Below are positions 6,930 through 13,464 of a stretch of DNA of 15,113 bases, in pieces. This DNA is from Candidatus Hermodarchaeota archaeon. Lineage in GTDB: Archaea > Asgardarchaeota > Heimdallarchaeia > Hodarchaeales > Hodarchaeaceae. The notes beneath the pieces were generated by a model that did not search any database, had not been told where the DNA came from, and saw only the letters and a program-made list of their open reading frames with translations. The translations under genes were made by a program, and so were the position numbers. Each line of letters starts with the position of its first letter. Position 1 is the first letter of the stretch. The stretch lies in NCBI GenBank assembly GCA_048886185.1, contig JBHLKY010000043.1, positions 1 to 15,113 of the forward strand, in the 5' to 3' direction.

Positions 6930-7604
6930 TTAGAGTAAAAATTCAAGAATTGCAATGATAATAGCTGCAATTGGAGGGTTGAATAAATTATCAGCTAAAT
7001 ACCAAGGTAAATCCTCAAAAAAATCAAAAAAACCCCAGACAAATGTGGGAATGAGTGGTAAGATGACCGAAGATACATTAAATCCCCAAACAATCATGAG
7101 AAAACAAAAACCGATCAAGTAATTAGTTAATAATCCCGCAACAAATCCTTCTACAGTTTTCTCTTTAGTAAGGGGTAGTCTAATGTGACCGATCCCTTTT
7201 CCAACTAAAGCTGCGGCAGAATCACCCATTACGGTTGTAATAAGTACTAGTTCCATCACCTCTATCTCATAAAATATGTTTACTCCAAGTAACAGTATTA
7301 GCCAGACAGCTGCAGTTAAAATGTAATTAGCTGGACGATCTTTCTCATAAGCACGTGTGAAATGATTAATCCAGGTTTTAGGATTAAATTTTAAGCGATA
7401 GATTTCCAAGGGGACGAAAAAAAGTAAAAATCCCAATAATGAAAGTTGGATAATCAATAATGAAAATTCATGCTGAAAACCTAATCCTGGAAACACCAAA
7501 TGATAAGCTAACGGAATAGCCCATACTGAAAGATGTATAGATTTCCGACCTACTTCATTGAGAAATTTGAAATCTTCTGGAGTCTGATTTTTGGTATCAA
7601 CCAT
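6930..7604 (-). CDS. CTP-dependent isoprenoid alcohol/diacylglycerol kinase family (dolichol/phytol kinase-like)
   Basis: EVGRKSIHL N-terminal motif and GDSAAALVGKGIG...KEKTVEG signature, with multiple TM segments. Confidence 0.85.
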   Translation of the reverse strand: MVDTKNQTPEDFKFLNEVGRKSIHLSVWAIPLAYHLVFPGLGFQHEFSLLIIQLSLLGFLLFFVPLEIYRLKFNPKTWINHFTRAYEKDRPANYILTAAVWLILLLGVNIFYEIEVMELVLITTVMGDSAAALVGKGIGHIRLPLTKEKTVEGFVAGLLTNYLIGFCFLMIVWGFNVSSVILPLIPTFVWGFFDFFEDLPWYLADNLFNPPIAAIIIAILEFLL

Positions 7605-7623
7605 GGCAAGATCACTTTCAAAG

Positions 7624-9003
7624 CTATTCTACCGTAGGAGGCCGGCCACGAAAGAATTGGAATTTATGATAGTCGTATGGTTCAATTGTTTTTAATAGAT
7701 ATTGAAATAAATCTTCCGCTTTTTTTTCGGCCTCACATACAAAAATATCAAGCGAAAGGTAATCCCATTCAGGCCAAGTATGCAAATGGCAATGACTTTC
7801 AACTAAAATAGCAATAATTGACAAGCCATATGGAGAAAACTCTTTAACGAATATTTCCTCCACGTGAAGTTGACTCTCTGTAATACCATTCCTTATGATA
7901 TTCGTTAGTAACTCAGCATTATTTAGAAATGTGGATTTGACTCCATAAAACTCAGCGATAATCTGATATCCTACTGTTGGGAGATCTTTTACTTTCTTCT
8001 GATTAAAAGTATAGATTGCTGTTTCAGAATGTTTAGTTTCAAGAATACGTAACTTTTGAGGGACAGAGCTTAAAACATACAAATTTGAAGTGTTACCCAA
8101 GATTGTTGCTCCATGGTAACGATTAAAATTCTGAAAAAACTCATCAATTGAAAAACCTGCTTCCAATAAGTGTTGTTGACATACCCAAGTTTCATGAGGA
8201 GATTTTGCTCCAAACGAAACATAACCTCTCCCACCATTTATTGGATTTAGAAGGGTAAGAGCTTGATTAATAAAGAGTTTAAACCCTGGTACTGTATAAG
8301 GTGGATCAGTTTCAAAAGTATCAAACCGATGAAACCATTCTGATGGAAATGATGTACGAATATCCCATAATTGAGTCTTTAAAACAGTTTCCAAGTTTTT
8401 CTCATAAGCGAAAGAATTGATAAATTCTAGGACACGGGGATCTATATCAATAACAAGTATTTCTCTTGCACATTGAAGAAATCCTAATGTTAAGGAAACA
8501 CCGTCATCATCTCCCAATATGGCAATTCTTTTCCCCTCCACATCACCATTTCTAAGCATTAATAGTGCTCTTTTTAACACTGTTTCTGAAAGACTCCGTG
8601 ACTGATCATAATTATAATCAGGAGGAGGCCGTTTATTAAGGTATTCTATTACTGGATTAAAAAACTCTAAATACTGTTTTGAGACCTTTAATGACGAGTT
8701 TTCACAAAATTTTTCAAGAAAATCAAAAGAATAAGATAATCCTAATCTATCATGAATCCAATCATTGGCTGCAGTTGAAAAACTGCTTTTTGTTTTTAGA
8801 AATCCTTTCTTTAACATCTCCCCCCTAACAGCAGAAAGAACAGGAACAGGGATTTGCACATACCTTGAGAGATCTTTATTGGTTACTTTTTGATTTTTAC
8901 GTCTGTACATCTCACGAATAATTCTTTCAACTCCCCTCGGACCTTCTTGCAAGTGGCTTTTCTCTGCAATTGATCTAAAGAAGGTTTGAGGATCTCCAAA
9001 CAT
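7624..9003 (-). CDS. bpsA-speD: Fusion: branched-chain polyamine synthase BpsA (N4-bis(aminopropyl)spermidine synthase family) + C-terminal pyruvoyl-dependent S-adenosylmethionine decarboxylase (SpeD class 1b)
   Basis: BpsA motifs RPPPDYNYDQS, GDVEGKRIAILGDDDGVSL, VIDIDPRVLEFI, RFDTFETDPPYT and FNRY. The SpeD domain (about 7974-7627) shows GYQIIAEFYG, FSPYGLSIIAILVE/SHCHLHTWPE and DIFVC...RG. It is one continuous ORF with no stop between the domains. Confidence 0.9.
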   Translation of the reverse strand: MFGDPQTFFRSIAEKSHLQEGPRGVERIIREMYRRKNQKVTNKDLSRYVQIPVPVLSAVRGEMLKKGFLKTKSSFSTAANDWIHDRLGLSYSFDFLEKFCENSSLKVSKQYLEFFNPVIEYLNKRPPPDYNYDQSRSLSETVLKRALLMLRNGDVEGKRIAILGDDDGVSLTLGFLQCAREILVIDIDPRVLEFINSFAYEKNLETVLKTQLWDIRTSFPSEWFHRFDTFETDPPYTVPGFKLFINQALTLLNPINGGRGYVSFGAKSPHETWVCQQHLLEAGFSIDEFFQNFNRYHGATILGNTSNLYVLSSVPQKLRILETKHSETAIYTFNQKKVKDLPTVGYQIIAEFYGVKSTFLNNAELLTNIIRNGITESQLHVEEIFVKEFSPYGLSIIAILVESHCHLHTWPEWDYLSLDIFVCEAEKKAEDLFQYLLKTIEPYDYHKFQFFRGRPPTVE

Positions 9004-9039
9004 AATAAAAACCTATTATTATTAGCTTTTCATAAATAT

Positions 9040-9990
9040 TTAAGACATTGTCAAGGCACCAGCCAAGAAAGAAAGGACTCCAGACCAAAGCGCTGTTCGA
9101 GTGTAAGTACGCCCTTTTTTACCTGTAGAAACAGATTGATCACGAGATAGAATTAGGACGCTGTAGAATAAAAGAATGATTGTTATAAGCATGAATATTG
9201 TGTAAAAAATATTATTGTGGAATTTAATGAATAGAGGAAGAGGAGCTAAGGTAATTACAGCAAGAAAGAATAGGGAAGCCAATTGTACAGCCCTTTTTGG
9301 CCCATACTTTACAGCAAAAGTGTTGGATTCAGCAACACGATCTCCTTCTATATCCATTATCCCTTTGATTAATTCTCGGCCAATCACACCAAAGAAAGTT
9401 ATCAAAGCCATTATTAATACAATAAGAGTGGTATCTAAATCAGTTCCCCCTTCTTTTCCTGCCATTGCTATCAATGCTAATAAAAAAGGAGCCATATCAC
9501 AGACAGCAACGGTCATGTTACCTATTAAGCCTTTTTCTTTTGTCCAAATATTATATGAAACTGATAGGAAACTAAAAACAGCCACCCCAAAAACTACAAG
9601 CAAATTATCTAGGAATAATAGGAATGAGAGTAAGATTCCAGCCGTTATCATCAACAAAGATAATGTTAAAGCATATTTAGGTTTAAGATCTGGATTCCGA
9701 ACTAAGGGCCTATCCATTCGATTGTTTATTCGATCTGCCTCAAAGTCATGATAATCATTGATAGCCATTGATGCTCCAACAATCAAGAATGGAATAGCCA
9801 GTCCTAATACAGCTAGCTCCCAATATTGCGGAAGAAGCTCCAACACATTATGTATTGTACTCTTAGAAGTATCCTGATGTCGAACTAAAACAACGATCAT
9901 TCCTGCTGTTAAACCAGCTATTGCCCCCATAATACCAAGAGGTAATCGAGTAAGATCATATATATCATGTAGAACGCTTTTTAGGGACAA
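9040..9990 (-). CDS. UbiA-family prenyltransferase, digeranylgeranylglyceryl-phosphate synthase-like
   Basis: First Asp-rich motif SMAINDYHDFEADRIN..DRPL, second motif RELIKGIMDIEGD..TFAVKYG, and many TM helices. The TTG start is supported by AGGAG 5 nt upstream. Confidence 0.85.
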   Translation of the reverse strand: MSLKSVLHDIYDLTRLPLGIMGAIAGLTAGMIVVLVRHQDTSKSTIHNVLELLPQYWELAVLGLAIPFLIVGASMAINDYHDFEADRINNRMDRPLVRNPDLKPKYALTLSLLMITAGILLSFLLFLDNLLVVFGVAVFSFLSVSYNIWTKEKGLIGNMTVAVCDMAPFLLALIAMAGKEGGTDLDTTLIVLIMALITFFGVIGRELIKGIMDIEGDRVAESNTFAVKYGPKRAVQLASLFFLAVITLAPLPLFIKFHNNIFYTIFMLITIILLFYSVLILSRDQSVSTGKKGRTYTRTALWSGVLSFLAGALTMS

Positions 9991-9995
9991 GTAAT

Positions 9996-10000
9996 CTCCT
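9996..10000 (-). promoter_or_regulatory. Shine-Dalgarno site for the UbiA-family gene
   Basis: AGGAG on the minus strand, 5 nt upstream of the TTG start at 9990. Confidence 0.6.
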
Positions 10001-10018
10001 CATGACAAGATAGGCGAA

Positions 10019-11104
10019 CTATCTATCAATTTCACCACGAATAAATGCTTCAACCTTATCACGAGCTTCAAAATCTGGGATTTGTACAGGAGGATGTTTA
10101 AATGCGTAACTCGAAATGGAAATTAATGGGCCAGAGATATTCCTGTCTATAGCTGTTTTAAGTGCACGTATAACATCAATCATTACACCTGCAGAATTTG
10201 GACTATCAATTACACTTAATTTGACTTCTATTGACAAGGGTTGATCACCAAATTTTTTACCTTCTAGGAGTAAATAACAGATTTTTCGATCTTCTAAAAA
10301 TGGAACGTAATCGGAAGGGCCGATTCTTGTAGGAACATCATGAGGTAATAGACTAGTTACAGCTTCAGTCTTACTAATCCGTTTAGTTTTTAATCTTGAT
10401 TCATATTTCATGTTCTCAAAGTCTGTATTACCTCCCACATTAAGCTGAAATGTCTTCTCAATTTCAACGCCTCGATCAAGCATCAATTGAGCTAAAACAC
10501 GATGTAAAATTGTAGCTCCTACTTGAGATTTAATATCATCTCCTGCACAAGGAAGACCTTTCTCCTCAAACCTCCTTGGCCATTCTTTGGTCGAATCTGA
10601 TACAATAAAAGTGGGTATTCCGTTAGCTAACGCAACACCAGCCTCCAAACAAGCTTCAGCATAAATTCTTGTTGCAGCCTCACTTCCCACTGGAAGGAAA
10701 TTAACAAGAATGTCCGCATTTGTCTTTTTAAGTATTTCAGCAATGTTCACAGGTTTCATTTTTGCTTCATCATAACAATGGAATGGTTTGACCATATGAG
10801 GAGGAACACCATCAGAGATAGGGCCAGGGTAAACTAGACTTTCAGTTTCAGGAACTTCAGAGAATTTAGGGGTGCAATTGGGATGGATCCAAATAGCCTC
10901 ACTGATTTTTTTTCCAATTTTGTCCTTATTGACTTCAAAAGCAGCTACAAATTCCAAATCACGTACATGATAGTCGCCAAATTTAACATGCATTAAACCT
11001 GGGACAGCAGAATCCTCTTTTTCATTACGATAGTAATGAACACCTTGAATTAAGGCTGAAGCACAATTACCCAGACCTGCAATAGCGACTCGAATTTTAT
11101 TCAT
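10019..11104 (-). CDS. ino1: myo-inositol-1-phosphate synthase (archaeal/actinobacterial type)
   Basis: IRVAIAGLGNCASALIQG NAD-binding start, with LVNFLPVGSE, GDDIKSQVGATILHR, LNVGGNTDFENM, SKTEAV, GPSDYVPFLEDRK and DSPNSAG motifs. Confidence 0.97.
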   Translation of the reverse strand: MNKIRVAIAGLGNCASALIQGVHYYRNEKEDSAVPGLMHVKFGDYHVRDLEFVAAFEVNKDKIGKKISEAIWIHPNCTPKFSEVPETESLVYPGPISDGVPPHMVKPFHCYDEAKMKPVNIAEILKKTNADILVNFLPVGSEAATRIYAEACLEAGVALANGIPTFIVSDSTKEWPRRFEEKGLPCAGDDIKSQVGATILHRVLAQLMLDRGVEIEKTFQLNVGGNTDFENMKYESRLKTKRISKTEAVTSLLPHDVPTRIGPSDYVPFLEDRKICYLLLEGKKFGDQPLSIEVKLSVIDSPNSAGVMIDVIRALKTAIDRNISGPLISISSYAFKHPPVQIPDFEARDKVEAFIRGEIDR

Positions 11105-11296
11105 ATCATCAATCTTCCTTTAAAACAGTCTTACTCTTCTTTGTTGGAAATAAATTACTTTTTGGTTTGCTAAGTTAGGATGATTTTAGAGCTTCCTTTT
11201 TTCAATAATAGGAATTTTGATAGGAAAGATACTATATAAGAAATCAAACATCGATGTAACGAACATTAGATTATCTAATAGCCTGTAAAAAGCACA

Positions 11297-11686
11297 TTAA
11301 CCTTTAGATATTGATTGTATTGCTAGCTCTATTGTCCTCACGAAATTCTTTAAAAAAGGTAAGACTTTGTACATCAATTTTGAAGTAGTTCTGATAATAA
11401 GTAATAATCCAGTTCCACCTCTCAAATCATCAATGTAAAAAGCTGCTTCAGCGGTACTGATCACAATGGAATCTAGAACTTGATTTAATGACGTTAGCTG
11501 TGTGAGAGTATTCTCGAACGAGGTGATTAGATGTGCATTTAAACTCTCAAGTACAGGCAAATCATCACATTCTCCAATAGAATGGATTACTAAACCATCA
11601 GAATCAACCAATGAAATGCAGGTACCAGGGAGCTGAATATCTCCAAATACCTCATCAATAACGGAAATTACCTCGTGAGTTCCCAT
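11297..11686 (-). CDS. Roadblock/LC7 (MglB/LAMTOR-like) domain protein
   Basis: Pattern of helix, CISLVDSDGLVIHSIG, helix (LESLNAHLITSFENTLTQL), LDSIVIST, AFYI, LLLII and a C-terminal helix matches the Roadblock alpha-beta-beta-alpha-beta-beta-beta-alpha order. I prefer ATG11686 (129 aa); the ORF track extends to ATG11743. Confidence 0.7.
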   Translation of the reverse strand: MGTHEVISVIDEVFGDIQLPGTCISLVDSDGLVIHSIGECDDLPVLESLNAHLITSFENTLTQLTSLNQVLDSIVISTAEAAFYIDDLRGGTGLLLIIRTTSKLMYKVLPFLKNFVRTIELAIQSISKG

Positions 11687-11868
11687 GGTTGAATTCACCA
11701 AGCTTTTCAATACTAGAAATCGACATCTAAATAATAAAGGCATTAAACATAATCTGCTATATTCTAAAAACCTAAATTAATTATAATTTCATAACATAAA
11801 TTAATTATTTTAATATTCCGAATTATAGCAATTAATATACCAGATTCTCCTTTTTTAGATGTATTCTA

Positions 11869-12576
11869 ATGAATAAAATACAACTCGACCCCATAACCAT
11901 TTATCTGATAGGAAGTAGTCAGCTAACTGACCGAAATGACTGTTGTGTCTATTTGGTTTTCAATCAAAATGATCCTGATTCCTCCATTCTTATTGATGCT
12001 GGAGCTGGAAGTAGTCAGTCAATTAAAACTATCATTAGGAATATTGAAAACATTGGAACGCTCAAAAATATTCGTTTTATTCTAGTGACTCATGCACACA
12101 TTGATCACATTGGTGGCCTTAAGGCTATTAGATCACATTTAAAGCGTGCGAAAATTATTGCTCACACTTATGCAGCTAAGGTGATAGAAGATGAAGATCC
12201 GATATTATCTGTAGCAAAGTGGTATCAGAGAACACTCCAGTCTACAGATATAGACATAAATATTACACAAAAATACTCAATCAAACTTAGTGTAGGTCAC
12301 TTTGACGTCATTCCAACTCCAGGTCATACGCCAGGTAGTGTGATTGGTTTATTAACAACTCCAAAAGGCCGTGTTTTATTTGGTCAGGATATTCATGGCC
12401 CATTTATGCCCGAATTTAACTCAGATATAGATCAATGGCGACAATCCATGCAGGATATCCTCTGCTTAGAATCTGATTATCTATGTGAAGGACATTTCGG
12501 GATTATTGAGGGAAGAGATAAAGTTAGGCAATTCATAGAGAGATATTTAAGACAATTCATTAGTACACCCGAATGA
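11869..12576 (+). CDS. Metallo-beta-lactamase-fold hydrolase
   Basis: ILIDAG, THAHIDHIGG (HxHxDH), TPGHTPGS, LFGQDIHGP and LCEGHFG metal-ligand motifs. Substrate unknown. Confidence 0.93.
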   Translation: MNKIQLDPITIYLIGSSQLTDRNDCCVYLVFNQNDPDSSILIDAGAGSSQSIKTIIRNIENIGTLKNIRFILVTHAHIDHIGGLKAIRSHLKRAKIIAHTYAAKVIEDEDPILSVAKWYQRTLQSTDIDINITQKYSIKLSVGHFDVIPTPGHTPGSVIGLLTTPKGRVLFGQDIHGPFMPEFNSDIDQWRQSMQDILCLESDYLCEGHFGIIEGRDKVRQFIERYLRQFISTPE

Positions 12577-12675
12577 TCAGATTGAAAATCTCATGTTAAT
12601 AAGTCATGGTAATGAATTGTTAAACACAATCAAATTTTTATTAGAACAATAGGTCCATCGAGTTTCCTCCTTAAT

Positions 12676-13074
12676 TTGTTTGATTACAAAAGAATGATTT
12701 TGAATTTTACATATATAATCGAAGACATAAAGATTATAGAAGAATTTGAGGATCTTGACCTTCCTCATTCCAGTCCCAGAATTAAAACTAATCTTACTCC
12801 TGTTATAGATTCTCCTCAGATAGATTTTGGTTTGGACTCAGATTCTGAAGATCTAAATTTGTTATATCTACAATCCCTTTTTTTAAAAACTACAGTACAC
12901 TTTTTATTAGAAGAATCGATAATTTATAGAAGAAAGGGAATGCTATCTCTATCGTTCCACTATTTACTTGATTTGCACAAGATGAAAAAGGATCCTGAAG
13001 TTAAAAATCAAATAAGAAGTATAATAATACAGCTTGAAGCTACAAAGCATAATTTGTATAGCAAAGGAGGGTGA
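12676..13074 (+). CDS. Hypothetical protein (acidic N-terminal half, helical C-terminal half)
   Basis: 132-aa ORF filling an otherwise empty gap. The start is uncertain (TTG12676 or ATG12694), no family was recognised, and the frame is open back to 12616. Confidence 0.45.
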   Translation: MFDYKRMILNFTYIIEDIKIIEEFEDLDLPHSSPRIKTNLTPVIDSPQIDFGLDSDSEDLNLLYLQSLFLKTTVHFLLEESIIYRRKGMLSLSFHYLLDLHKMKKDPEVKNQIRSIIIQLEATKHNLYSKGG

Positions 13075-13434
13075 ATTATCATTCTTTCGTTTAATTTTCT
13101 GTTTTTTCGTACAGACAGAGCCAATGGCTTTAAGGAAATTTTCAATAATAATTTCATCTTCTGTTTGAAACAATTCATATGATAATATTTACTTATATCT
13201 AGATACATTCAATATATGATTTTAGAGCAAACTCCCTTTTTAAATTCCCAAAAAGATATAAGACACGAAAATTCATCCCTATTAATTTAGGCTAATCTTA
13301 CGTATTATGATTTAATAGTAAGGTTGGAGAACAAAGGGCAATTCATTTTGAATTTAGTCCCTGAATTAATCCCAAACACAATAGACTAGAGCTTTAGATA
13401 CCATATTCGAATAATTTCTCTAGTGAAATCATCC

Positions 13435-13440
13435 TATAAA
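13435..13440 (+). promoter_or_regulatory. Possible archaeal TATA box for the beta-helix gene
   Basis: TATAAA begins 30 nt upstream of ATG13465, a spacing compatible with a leaderless or short-leader transcript. The background is AT-rich, so the evidence is weak. Confidence 0.35.
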
Positions 13441-13464
13441 TCAAATAAAAATGAGTAGATAATT

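Noticed and set aside
9215-9751. Plus-strand 178-aa ORF
   Set aside because: Antisense to the hydrophobic UbiA gene. Long antisense ORFs are common opposite membrane-protein codons, and this one has no family features.
12964-13208. Two overlapping minus-strand ORFs (69 and 66 aa)
   Set aside because: They are short, overlap each other and the plus-strand ORF, and show no motif or SD.
13451-13462. Mini-ORF ATG AGT AGA TAA just upstream of the beta-helix start
   Set aside because: A three-codon ORF is expected by chance, and it probably begins upstream of the transcription start if the TATA assignment is right.
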